The position numbers and the translations under genes were made by a program. 64,000 nt of DNA from positions 18,236 through 82,235 of the forward strand of contig CAWAYJ010000003.1 in NCBI GenBank assembly GCA_963786235.1, read 5' to 3'. Under the pieces are notes generated by a model that worked only from the letters and a program-made list of their open reading frames with translations, was not told the DNA's origin and did not search any database. Source of the DNA: an uncultured Gemmatimonadales bacterium (GTDB taxonomy: Bacteria; Gemmatimonadota; Gemmatimonadetes; Longimicrobiales; RSA9). Below, piece after piece: positions 38,098 to 46,853 of this stretch (position 1 is the first letter of the stretch; the number at the start of each line of letters is the position of its first letter).

Positions 38098-38900
38098 GCC
38101 TCGCCTTCCTTCTTCAGCGCCGCCATCGCCCGGCCCACGAACTCGAACATCGCGCCATCCAGGCTGCCGATCTGGTGCTTCTGCGCCATGTCCGGCTCGT
38201 TCTTCCAGACCTTCGCCAGGCTTTCCGTGGTCCCCGGGTCGCCACCCGTGAACTCCTCGACCAGCCCCTGCCAGCGACGCGCCAGCGACTGCATCGTCTC
38301 GCTCGCCGGGTCGCTGCCCTTCTCCATTTCCGCCCGGACCTCCGCGATCAGACGCGGCCACTCCGCTTCCACTTCGCGGATCCGCTCCGCGCCCAGATGC
38401 TCCCCCCGCTGCCGCAGCTGCTCCAGCTGCTCCGGCGTGTAGTATTTCTCGTACATGTGCGTTGCCTCGACCGTGAGAATCAGATCGCCGGCGGAGACTG
38501 TCCCCGCCGATCGCAGCTCCGACGCGACGCGCTCGAGCCGGGTCACCAGCTCCCGCTGCGCGGCCAACTGCTCCCGCACCCGGGTCAGGTGGGCCTCCAC
38601 CACCTCGAGCGGAGAGAGGCGCCGCGCATCCAGCAGCTCCCGGATCGCCTCCAGCGGTAGTCCCAACTGACGGAGCGACAGGATCTGCTGAAGCCGCAGA
38701 AGGTCCGCCACGTCGTACAGCCGGTGCCCGCTTGCCGACCGATGACCCGGCACCAGCAGCCCGAATCCGTCCCAGTGGTGCAGCGTCCGGACCGTCAGCC
38801 CCGCCCGCTTCGCCAGTGCCCCGACTTTCAGCCGGACCGCGCCGGCTCCCGCCGTGCCCGCTCCCGGACCCACCCCCTCCACCGTTTTCCGAGCCGTCAT
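38094..38900 (-). CDS. MerR-family regulator with TipAS-like C-terminal domain (TipA/Mta/SkgA type)
   Basis: 268 aa. MerR HTH (LKVGALAKRAGLTVRTLHHWDGFGLL) and a TipAS-like tail (YTPEQLEQLRQRGE...). The rest of the 829-aa ORF in the track is not coding. Confidence 0.85.
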   Translation of the reverse strand: MTARKTVEGVGPGAGTAGAGAVRLKVGALAKRAGLTVRTLHHWDGFGLLVPGHRSASGHRLYDVADLLRLQQILSLRQLGLPLEAIRELLDARRLSPLEVVEAHLTRVREQLAAQRELVTRLERVASELRSAGTVSAGDLILTVEATHMYEKYYTPEQLEQLRQRGEHLGAERIREVEAEWPRLIAEVRAEMEKGSDPASETMQSLARRWQGLVEEFTGGDPGTTESLAKVWKNEPDMAQKHQIGSLDGAMFEFVGRAMAALKKEGEA

Positions 38901-38916
38901 CGTCTTCACACCGTCG

Positions 38917-38947
38917 AGAGTAATCCCTGACGTTACGTGAGCTTCAA
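38917..38947 (-). promoter_or_regulatory. MerR-type promoter: TTGAAG, 19-nt spacer with dyad CTCACGTAACGTCAG, then TACTCT
   Basis: Read on the minus strand. The 19-bp spacer and the ACGT-A-ACGT dyad between -35 and -10 are typical of MerR/TipA autoregulated promoters. Confidence 0.55.
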
Positions 38948-39029
38948 GGGGGAGATCAAATCTCCCGGAGATTCGGGGGGATGGTTGGTGGCGGGTCCCG
39001 CAGGGAACCACCCGCCGTTCAAACTCACA

Positions 39030-39125
39030 ACCCCATATCCCCCGATCCCCCCCATCCCCCTGATCCCCCTTCATCGAACGGTCGGCGTCCATGAAGGGGG
39101 ATATGGGGATGTGGGGGATAGCGGC
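39030..39125. repeat. C5/G5-rich palindromic element (ATCCCCC / GGGGGAT units)
   Basis: Perfect 12-bp stem ATCCCCCTTCAT / ATGAAGGGGGAT around a 16-nt loop. The arms extend imperfectly as repeated CCCCAT/ATCCCCC units. Confidence 0.7.
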
Positions 39126-39188
39126 TGGCGCCCGCCCGCCGACCCGGCGAGGTTCACCGCGACGAAACCCGAGAAAGGAAGGATCTCC

Positions 39189-40481
39189 TTGCAGAGGACG
39201 GCAATCACCACAATCCCCATTCTGCTTGCGCTGGCCGCCCCGATCTCCGCGCAGACGGATGTCGCAGCGGAGGTGCGTGCGATCGCCCGGGATCCCGCGA
39301 TCGCCCGTGCGTTCGCCGCGATCGAGGCGCTGGATGCACAGGGGATGAGGGAGTTGATCGAGATGGCGGAGATCCCGGCGCCGCCGTTCAAGGAGCAGGC
39401 GCGTGCGGAGGTGTACGTGCGCTGGCTGCGGGAGGCGGGTGCGGACACGGCGTACATCGATGCGGAAGGCAACGTGGTGGCGATCCGTCGCGGCCGGCAG
39501 GACGTTCGTACGCGACGCACGGTCGGGTTCGCGGGTCACCTCGACACGGTCTTCCCGGAGGGAACGGACGTGACGGTGAAGCAGCGCGGCGACACGCTGT
39601 TCGCGCCGGGGGTGGGGGACGACACGCGCGGCCTGATCGTGGTGCTGACGGTGCTGCGGGCGATGGAGCGTGCGGGGATCGAGACGGAAGCGGACGTCTG
39701 GTTCGTCGGCATCGTGGGTGAGGAAGGTCTGGGCGACCTGCGCGGGATGAAGCACCTGTTCCGGCCGGGCGCGCCGAAGATCGATGCGTGGATCGACGTG
39801 GATGGCGGCGGGATCGACCGCATCGTGAACGCGGGTCTGGGTTCGCACCGGTACCGGGTCACGTTCAAGGGGCCGGGTGGTCACTCGTGGGGCGCGTTCG
39901 GGATGGCGAACCCGGCGCACGCGGAGGCTCGCGCGGTGCATTACTTCGTCGAGGTCGGGGACTCGCTGACGCGGTCGGGTCCGCCCACGAGCTACAACGT
40001 GGGTGTGCTGGGCGGCGGGACGTCGGTCAACTCGATCCCGTTCGAGGTGGTCATGGAGGTGGACATGCGGTCGGAGGATCCGGCGAGTCTCGTGCGGATC
40101 GACGCCGCGTTCCAGGCCGCGATGCGGAAGGGGCTGGCGGAGGAGAACGCGGTGCGCCGGCGCGGTCCCGCGCTGGAAATGGATGTCGAGCAGGTAGGCG
40201 ACCGGCCGTCCGGCACGATGCCGGCCTCGACGCCGCTGGTTCAGCGTGCGGTCGCGGCCGCGAGCGCGCTCGGCGGTTCGCCCTCGCTCGAGATGAGCTC
40301 GACCGACTCGAATATCCCGATCTCGCTCGGCGTGCCGGCTGTAACGATCGGACGGGGTGGCGATGGTGGCGGTGGCCACTCGCCGGGCGAGTGGTGGCGG
40401 AACGAGAACGGCACGCTCGCGATCCGGAACGCGCTGTTGCTGCTGGTGAGCGAGGCGGGACTGGCGCGGCCGCGGGCCTGA
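39189..40481 (+). CDS. M20-family metallopeptidase (tripeptidase-like), secreted
   Basis: TTG start after GAAAGGAAGGA. Signal ends LAAPISAQ. GFAGHLDTVFPEG, GVGDDTRG and VGEEGLGDLRG motifs. Confidence 0.8.
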   Translation: MQRTAITTIPILLALAAPISAQTDVAAEVRAIARDPAIARAFAAIEALDAQGMRELIEMAEIPAPPFKEQARAEVYVRWLREAGADTAYIDAEGNVVAIRRGRQDVRTRRTVGFAGHLDTVFPEGTDVTVKQRGDTLFAPGVGDDTRGLIVVLTVLRAMERAGIETEADVWFVGIVGEEGLGDLRGMKHLFRPGAPKIDAWIDVDGGGIDRIVNAGLGSHRYRVTFKGPGGHSWGAFGMANPAHAEARAVHYFVEVGDSLTRSGPPTSYNVGVLGGGTSVNSIPFEVVMEVDMRSEDPASLVRIDAAFQAAMRKGLAEENAVRRRGPALEMDVEQVGDRPSGTMPASTPLVQRAVAAASALGGSPSLEMSSTDSNIPISLGVPAVTIGRGGDGGGGHSPGEWWRNENGTLAIRNALLLLVSEAGLARPRA

Positions 40482-40523
40482 TCGTTCGGCCTGCAGCGCG
40501 ACGCCACGACCGCACGAAAGAAG

Positions 40524-40559
40524 GAGCCGGGGCGGCGGATCGGACCGTCGCCCCGGCTC
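40524..40559. terminator. bidirectional hairpin terminator between convergent genes
   Basis: Perfect 11-bp stem GAGCCGGGGCG / CGCCCCGGCTC with a 14-nt loop. A T-rich tail (CCTTCTTTCG) follows on the minus strand and TCTCGTT on the plus strand. Confidence 0.5.
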
Positions 40560-40579
40560 TCGTTGCGCAGGGTCCGCGG

Positions 40580-42943
40580 TCACTGCAAGCGGACGATGAA
40601 CACGCGCATGTTGGTGGGCAGTGCGCCGCCGCCCGTGCTGCGCATGCCGAGCGCGGCCGCGGCGCGGGTGCCGCTCACGATGAAGTAGGCGGTGGAGCCG
40701 GCGCGCACCTGGACGTCGTCGCTGAAAGCAGTGAACGTGCGCATGCGCGGCCTGAGATGCGCCTGCTCGACCAGCCGGTTCTCGATGTCGAGCAGGTTCC
40801 AGCTCGGGATCGTGAGGGACGGGTCGGCGCCCGAAATCCGGTCATCGACGTACAACGAGGCGGCCCAGTCGGCGAGCACGCGGTCGAGCGGTTGGCCCGG
40901 CTGTCCGATCGCGTTCGCGACGTTGGCGAAGCCGGCGAGGTTGCCGAGGATCAGTTGGTGCTGCAACTGCTTCTCGCCGCCGACCGCGGGCCCGAACCGG
41001 TCCGACAGGTAGCGCAGCAGCAGCCAGGGCACACCGTACACCTCGCGGCCGCTGTAACAGGGTCCGGTGTTGCCGTTGGAGGCGAGATCGAGCCAACTGC
41101 ACTGCTCGGGCGCGCCGGCGATCGGTGTCGTCGAGGCGTCGGGGTTGAACCCGTAGTACAGGGCGAGGTCGACGAAGCCGTCGAGGTACCAGAGGCCACC
41201 GCCGGCGTCCTGGCAGGGCCTGGATCCGGGCACGCAGTTGAAGGCGACGTCGAAGCCGTAGTTCTGGCCAATGGTCCGCCCGGTGACCGCGTGTCCCGCC
41301 ACTTCCTCGGCGAACGTTGCCTGGCCCTCCAGCTCCCAGATCTTCTGGAGCGTGCCGTTGAAGGTGGCCTGGCCGGCGCGGACCGAGAACTGGATGATGT
41401 GGGTGACCTCGTGCGCCAGCAGCACGGGTGCATCGATCAGGGCGGACGCGGTCGTGTAGGGGTCGCCGAAGGTGCCGTTGGGATCGGGCGCGCGGGTGTA
41501 GTAGATCTCGCCCTCGTCGCTCGACGGGCAGCTGGCGTTTCGTGCCCGGAGATCGGCCGTCGTGGTGAAGCCCAGGTTGTTGGTCTTGTTGATCTCTTTC
41601 GACACGACAATGACGATGCGGCCGTTGCCGTCGATGTCGGACGGTGTGCCGAAATAGTCGACGTCGTTCGCGTAGATCTTGTTGTCGAACAGGCTCGCGA
41701 GGCTCTGGTAGTCCGACGTCGTGAGACCGCCCGTCGGGTTGCCCGTGTCCTCCAGCCACACGCTCTTCGTGCCCACCGCCTTCACGACCGTCGTGATCTC
41801 CGCGTAACGGACACAAAGGCTGTCGATGTTCGGCACGCGGATCGTGACGTTGTCACCGACGTTGACCACCGCGGGCACCGCCAGCGCGGCGTCGGCGGAC
41901 GCCGCGGCGAGGCCCGCGTGCAGACTGTGCTTCGCGAGCACCATCGGTGGCATCGCGGATGACTGCTCGCGGCGCCGGAGCGCGAGCTCGGCCTCGCGGT
42001 GGCGAGCCCAGCGCTGTTCGCGCGCGAAGTCGAAGGGAGGCATCTCGGCGGTGCCCGACGAGACGACCGGCAGCGCGGCCATACCCGCGACCGACGGGCC
42101 GGGCGCGGTCGCCGCCATGGCGACAGTGACCGGTGTCAGGACCGCCACGTTCTCGCTGTAGTTCTGCACGCCGACGAGGTACGATTCCGCGGCGGCCGAC
42201 GCGCCGAATTGCAGACAGAAGCCGGACTGCAGGAATTGCATCTGGCCGACGGCCGCGGTGACGGTCGTGCCGGACGACTGCACGGGGTGATCGATCGGGT
42301 TGCTCACCCGTCCGCCGACCGTGACCGTGACCGTGGCCGGGCCCGGCACGATGCAGAGCGAAGACGGGACCGTGACCGTGAGCGTCGTCGCCGTGGCAGC
42401 TGTCACGGTCGCGGCGTTCCCGCCGATGCTCACGGCGTTGGCGCTCGGCACGGTGCTGAAGCCGCTGCCGGTGAGCGCGGCGGTCTGGCCCGGGACCAGC
42501 GTGGCCGGCGTGATGGTGGAGAGCACGACCGGCGTGGGCGTGGTGACGGCGATCTGGATGCTGCCGCTCTTGCCGCCGATCGTCGCGGTGATCGTCGCGC
42601 TGCCTTGCACCACGCCGTTCACGAGCCCGTCGCTCGACACCGATGCCACGCCCGTGTTGGTGCTCGACCATGTCGTGCTCTGGCCGGAAACGATGTTGCC
42701 ATCGGCGTCGCGCGCGGTCGCCGTGAGCTGCAGCAGCCCGCCGACATCGACGGTCGTGGACGGCGCCTCGACGGCAACCGTCGCGACCGTCGATCCGCCG
42801 TTGCCCGGTCCGGTCGCGTCCTTCGAGCACGCGGAGGCCAGTGCGACGGCGCCCAGCAGCAACAGGGACGGCGCGGTGAAACGCGGGCGCCCCGGGGGCG
42901 CCCACGACCAAGCGGCGAGCCGCTCTCTCGACATGCGGTTCAT
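40580..42943 (-). CDS. lipoprotein with Big_2 Ig-like domains and an HExxH metalloprotease-like C-terminal region
   Basis: Lipobox LASAC. Big_2-type repeat (ASVSSDGLVNGVVQGSATITATIGGKSG). LLAHEVTHIIQF zinc motif. Confidence 0.7.
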   Translation of the reverse strand: MNRMSRERLAAWSWAPPGRPRFTAPSLLLLGAVALASACSKDATGPGNGGSTVATVAVEAPSTTVDVGGLLQLTATARDADGNIVSGQSTTWSSTNTGVASVSSDGLVNGVVQGSATITATIGGKSGSIQIAVTTPTPVVLSTITPATLVPGQTAALTGSGFSTVPSANAVSIGGNAATVTAATATTLTVTVPSSLCIVPGPATVTVTVGGRVSNPIDHPVQSSGTTVTAAVGQMQFLQSGFCLQFGASAAAESYLVGVQNYSENVAVLTPVTVAMAATAPGPSVAGMAALPVVSSGTAEMPPFDFAREQRWARHREAELALRRREQSSAMPPMVLAKHSLHAGLAAASADAALAVPAVVNVGDNVTIRVPNIDSLCVRYAEITTVVKAVGTKSVWLEDTGNPTGGLTTSDYQSLASLFDNKIYANDVDYFGTPSDIDGNGRIVIVVSKEINKTNNLGFTTTADLRARNASCPSSDEGEIYYTRAPDPNGTFGDPYTTASALIDAPVLLAHEVTHIIQFSVRAGQATFNGTLQKIWELEGQATFAEEVAGHAVTGRTIGQNYGFDVAFNCVPGSRPCQDAGGGLWYLDGFVDLALYYGFNPDASTTPIAGAPEQCSWLDLASNGNTGPCYSGREVYGVPWLLLRYLSDRFGPAVGGEKQLQHQLILGNLAGFANVANAIGQPGQPLDRVLADWAASLYVDDRISGADPSLTIPSWNLLDIENRLVEQAHLRPRMRTFTAFSDDVQVRAGSTAYFIVSGTRAAAALGMRSTGGGALPTNMRVFIVRLQ

Positions 42944-43179
42944 TCGGTTTTTCGCTCTCAGCTGCCGCGCGACCGTCGATGGCGGGAGCCGCCGGTTTCC
43001 AAAGAACGTCCGGGAGACCCGGAACCAGTCGGCATCCGGTCCCTCCTCGCGTTGGAGAGCCGGATCGTCCATGAGTACCCGGCCGGGCACGGGCCGGTTC
43101 ATTCGCCGACCGTCGCGCGCCTCCCCCTGACGACACCCGGCCGCTACTTTCCCCCGATCGTGAAGCCAGGGTAGACGAC

Positions 43180-44367
43180 ATGGAGACATCGACACATACC
43201 GCCGCGATGGCGGCCGCCGGACCGCTCGGCCTCGTCCTGACCGGGGGCGGCGCGCGCGGCGCGTTCCAGGCCGGCGTCCTCAAGTGGATCGCCGAGCGCT
43301 ACCCGACCCTGAACGTGCCGGTCCTGACCGGCGTGTCGGCCGGTGCGCTGAACGTGGCCTGCATCGCCGCGCATCCCGGCGGCTTTGGCGCCGGAGTGGA
43401 CCGGCTCCACCGCCTGTGGACCGATCTGACGGCGGAGCGCGTGTTCCGTGTGGACGCCCGCAGCGTCGGCACCCACGCACTCGGTTGGGGCGTCCGACTC
43501 ATGTCGGGTGGAAGCCGGGCGCAGCACGTGCACGGCTTCCTCGACACGAGCCCGCTCCGCGACTACCTGCACGCCGTGCTCCACGTCGAGGACTCGATCA
43601 TCACAGGGATCGGCAGGAACCTCGAGGAAGGCAAGCTCAAGGCGGTCGCGGTCGTCGCCACCTCGTACTCGACCAACCAGACGGTCGTGTTCCTCGAGGG
43701 CTCCGACATCGTGCCCTGGACCCGGCCCCAGCGCCGCGCCGAGAAGACCCGGCTCACCATCGAGCACGTCATGGCGTCCGCATCGCTGCCGCTGTTCTTC
43801 CCGGCAATCCGTATCGGCAGCGAGTGGTTCGGCGACGGCGGGATCCGGCTGGCCGCCCCGCTCTCGCCCGCGCTCCACCTCGGCGCGAACCGCGTGCTCG
43901 CCATCTCGACGCGCTACCCCCGGTCGCGAGCCGAGAGCGACGTCCCCTCGATCCCCGGCTACCCGCCGCCCGCGCAGGTCCTCGGCTCGCTCCTCAACGC
44001 CGTGTTCCTCGACCTGATCGACCAGGATGTGTTACGGCTGGAGCGCATCAACGAGTTGCTCGAGCGGCTGCCGCCCGAGCAGCGCGAAGGGATGCGCGTC
44101 GTCGACTTCCTCGTCATCCGGCCCTCGCGCGACCTCGGTCGCCTCGCCGCCGAGTTCGAGCCCGACCTGCCCCGCGCGTTCCGCTTCATGACGCGCGGAC
44201 TCGGAACGCAGGAACAGAAGAGCCCCGACATGCTCAGCCTGCTGATGTTCCAGCACGACTACATCAAGCGGCTGATCGAGATCGGCGAGCACGACGCCGC
44301 CGCGCGCGCGGACGAGATCGACGCCTTCCTCGCTCCGCTCCTGACCGCCGCACGATCCGCATCCTGA
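43180..44367 (+). CDS. patatin-like phospholipase
   Basis: GGGARGAFQAGVL oxyanion motif, GVSAGAL (GxSxG) and DGG catalytic Asp motif (FGDGGIR). Confidence 0.88.
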   Translation: METSTHTAAMAAAGPLGLVLTGGGARGAFQAGVLKWIAERYPTLNVPVLTGVSAGALNVACIAAHPGGFGAGVDRLHRLWTDLTAERVFRVDARSVGTHALGWGVRLMSGGSRAQHVHGFLDTSPLRDYLHAVLHVEDSIITGIGRNLEEGKLKAVAVVATSYSTNQTVVFLEGSDIVPWTRPQRRAEKTRLTIEHVMASASLPLFFPAIRIGSEWFGDGGIRLAAPLSPALHLGANRVLAISTRYPRSRAESDVPSIPGYPPPAQVLGSLLNAVFLDLIDQDVLRLERINELLERLPPEQREGMRVVDFLVIRPSRDLGRLAAEFEPDLPRAFRFMTRGLGTQEQKSPDMLSLLMFQHDYIKRLIEIGEHDAAARADEIDAFLAPLLTAARSAS

Positions 44368-44391
44368 TGCAGGCGACGTCGCGGGGCCGCG

Positions 44392-45579
44392 CTACCGGCG
44401 CGGGCCGAGCGTCCGGTCCCAGTTCAGGACGCCGTACTTGCGCAGCACGTCCATCGTGCGGTCCAGCGGCAGCGCTTCCACCACGCCGCGCGGACCCTCG
44501 ACCGACTCCGCCTTGAAGAGCGAGTTGTAGACCGCCTCCTCCGTCGCTTCCGCGACCGCCTGGAAGAGCGGCGTCATCGCATCGTTCGACAGGTCCTCGA
44601 GCGTGCGCACCGGCGAGCCGCCCGTCCGCCGCACCGATTCCGCCGCCGAGAACGCGATCACGTAGTCGCCCGAGCCGTTGCTCTCCGTCGCGCCCGTCCG
44701 GCCCAGCCCGATCAGCGCGCGCGACGCGAGCCGCTCGAGGTTCCGGGAATCCAGCGGCGCATCCGTCGCCACCACCATCATGATGCTGCCGTCCGGCGTC
44801 GGATCCGAGCCCGCGCCGCCCGTCTCGCGCCGGAACGAGTACTGGCCCAGCTCGCGGCCGACCGGCGCACCGTTCACCGTCAGGATCCCGCCGAAATTCG
44901 ACTGCACCAGCACGCCCACGGTGTACCCGCCCGCCGCCGCCGGCGTCACCCGCGAGCTCGTCCCGATCCCGCCCTTCCAGCCGAACGCGATCGTGCCCCG
45001 GCCCGCGCCCACCGAGCCCTCCTCCACCGCGCCGCCGCTCGCCGACTCCAGTGCGCGTACCACGTGCTCCGGCAGGATCGGCCGCGCGCGAATGTCGCTC
45101 AGCGTGCCGTCGTTCGTCTCGCCAACCACCGGGTTGATCGAGCGCACGTTCCCCATCCCCGGCCGCTCGAGAAGCCACGCCACCATCGCGTCCGCCGCAC
45201 GCCACACGCACAACGTGCACGTCAGCAGGATCGGCGTCTCCAGCTCGCCCAGCTCCCGCAGCTGCGTCACGCCCACCAGCTTGCCGAACCCGTTCCCCAC
45301 CACCAGCGCCGCCGGCGGCCGCTCGTGGTACCAGTCTTCGCCCGGTGGCAGGATCGCCGTCACCCCCGTGTTCGCGCCGTTCCCCGTGACCGTCGCGTGC
45401 CCGACCCGCACACCCGGCACATCCGTGATTGCGTCGTTCGGGCCCGGCGTGAAGACACCGACGATGACGCCGGCCTCGCGAGCCCGCGGCCGCGGCGCTG
45501 TTGTCGCATCCTGTCCCGACACGGCTGATGCTCCGATGGTGGTGAGCAGGAAGAGGAGAAACGAAAGGGTCGTGCGCAT
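44392..45579 (-). CDS. DmpA/P1 (S58) family aminopeptidase
   Basis: 395 aa with a signal peptide. NDAITDVPGVRVGH, TGVTAIL and GETNDG motifs typical of L-aminopeptidase/D-esterase. Confidence 0.7.
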   Translation of the reverse strand: MRTTLSFLLFLLTTIGASAVSGQDATTAPRPRAREAGVIVGVFTPGPNDAITDVPGVRVGHATVTGNGANTGVTAILPPGEDWYHERPPAALVVGNGFGKLVGVTQLRELGELETPILLTCTLCVWRAADAMVAWLLERPGMGNVRSINPVVGETNDGTLSDIRARPILPEHVVRALESASGGAVEEGSVGAGRGTIAFGWKGGIGTSSRVTPAAAGGYTVGVLVQSNFGGILTVNGAPVGRELGQYSFRRETGGAGSDPTPDGSIMMVVATDAPLDSRNLERLASRALIGLGRTGATESNGSGDYVIAFSAAESVRRTGGSPVRTLEDLSNDAMTPLFQAVAEATEEAVYNSLFKAESVEGPRGVVEALPLDRTMDVLRKYGVLNWDRTLGPRR

Positions 45580-45706
45580 GGTCGTGCACCGGTGAGGGAG
45601 TGGACTGTGCAGCAGAATACGCGCGCGATGCCGCCGCGGGCAATCAGGCGCTGGCCGGTGGATCCCGCGGGGGTATATTACGCGCCCGCAGACGGGAGGA
45701 AGACTG

Positions 45707-46654
45707 ATGACGGACGCACGTGCGGCAGGCGACGGAGCCCGGCGCCGGCTCGGGCGGTTGGCGGCTTTCGCGGCCGCGTATACATGGTTGCTGGTGGTGT
45801 TCGGCGGGATCGTCCGGATCACGGGTTCGGGACTCGGTTGCGGCGATGACTGGCCGCGCTGTCACGGTCAATGGATCCCGGCATTTACGCTCGAGACGCT
45901 GATCGAGTACACGCACCGGCTGCTGGCCGCCGGCATCGGCACGGTCGTGCTCGTCGTGCTGGGCTACGCGTTCCTGCGTCGGAACGCGCCGGGGATGCGG
46001 GGCCGGGATGGGTTGCTGGCGCCGAGCGCGCTGGCCGCGGTCCTCGTGGTCGTGCAGGCGTTGCTGGGCGCGATTACGGTGTGGCTGGAGCTGCCGACGT
46101 CGGTGACGGTGGCGCATTTCGTGACGGCGATGCTGTTCTCCGCGACGCTGATCACGATCTCGGTGCGGGCGGGCGTGTTCGGCGAGCCGGCCGCGTCGGC
46201 GGGTTCGGGCCGGGCGGCGCGCATCGCGATGCTGGCGGCGGGCACGGGCCTGGTCGTGGTGGCGCTGGGCGCGGTGACGGCGAACACGCCGGGCGCGGCT
46301 GCGGCGTGCACGGGATTTCCGCTCTGCAACGGACAGTGGCTGCCGCAGGCGGGTGCACCGACGGTCCTGATCCAGTGGCTGCACCGACTGGCGGCGTTCA
46401 CGCTGCTTGCGGTCGTGCTGGTGTCGTGGGTGTCGACGCGGCGCGCTGCGCCGGGCGCGCCGGTACTGCGGGCGTCATCGCTGGCGGCGAGCCTGGTGCT
46501 GTTGCAGATCGTGGTGGCCGCGGGCATGGTTCTGATGCGTCTGCCGCAGTTTCTGCAGGCGACGCATTTGGCGTTCGGCGCGGCGATCTGGTTCGTGCTC
46601 GCGGCGTGGACGACTCTGGCCCGGCGGGAGGCGCGAGCGGTCGGCGCGACCTGA
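45707..46654 (+). CDS. ctaA: heme A synthase (COX15/CtaA)
   Basis: GGIVRITGSGLGCGDDWPRCHG, with a second Cys pair CTGFPLC and conserved His in TM helices. Confidence 0.88.
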   Translation: MTDARAAGDGARRRLGRLAAFAAAYTWLLVVFGGIVRITGSGLGCGDDWPRCHGQWIPAFTLETLIEYTHRLLAAGIGTVVLVVLGYAFLRRNAPGMRGRDGLLAPSALAAVLVVVQALLGAITVWLELPTSVTVAHFVTAMLFSATLITISVRAGVFGEPAASAGSGRAARIAMLAAGTGLVVVALGAVTANTPGAAAACTGFPLCNGQWLPQAGAPTVLIQWLHRLAAFTLLAVVLVSWVSTRRAAPGAPVLRASSLAASLVLLQIVVAAGMVLMRLPQFLQATHLAFGAAIWFVLAAWTTLARREARAVGAT

Positions 46655-46769
46655 CCGGCATGCGGTATCCGCAGGTCCGGCGGGAGGCGCGAGCGGCCGC
46701 GTCGCCTCGATGCGGTGTGCTATTTCGGCCGGTCCGGCGGGAGGCGGAGTCGGCCGCCGCGACTTGACC
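46619..46769. repeat. three tandem ~56-57-bp repeats spanning the ctaA 3-prime end and the ctaA-ctaC spacer
   Basis: The units start at 46619, 46675 and 46732 with G(C/T)CCGGCGGGAGGCG(C)GAG. Units 1 and 3 end CGCGAC(C/T)TGACC. Each has internal hairpin potential. Confidence 0.8.
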
Positions 46770-46853
46770 TTCCGTGCCATCTCTTTTAAAGTCCGGTCCT
46801 TCCTTGCCCGGGCCCGGCGCTGAACAGGCCCACACCAAGAACGAGAGTAAGGG

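Noticed and set aside
38901-40583. The upstream 560 codons of the 829-aa minus-strand ORF that ends as the MerR gene.
   Set aside because: Only the last 268 codons (from the ATG at 38900) look like protein. The remainder is antisense to the M20 peptidase gene and crosses the palindromic intergenic repeats.
43180-44367. The patatin-like phospholipase as a CBASS or other defense effector.
   Set aside because: There is no adjacent cyclase, nucleotidyltransferase, E1/E2/JAB or sensor gene. The neighbours are peptidases, so it is more likely a housekeeping or secreted lipase.
46619-46769. The tandem repeats considered as a possible CRISPR array.
   Set aside because: There are only three degenerate units, with no constant-length unique spacers, and the repeats directly abut or overlap. 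No cas genes are present in the window.
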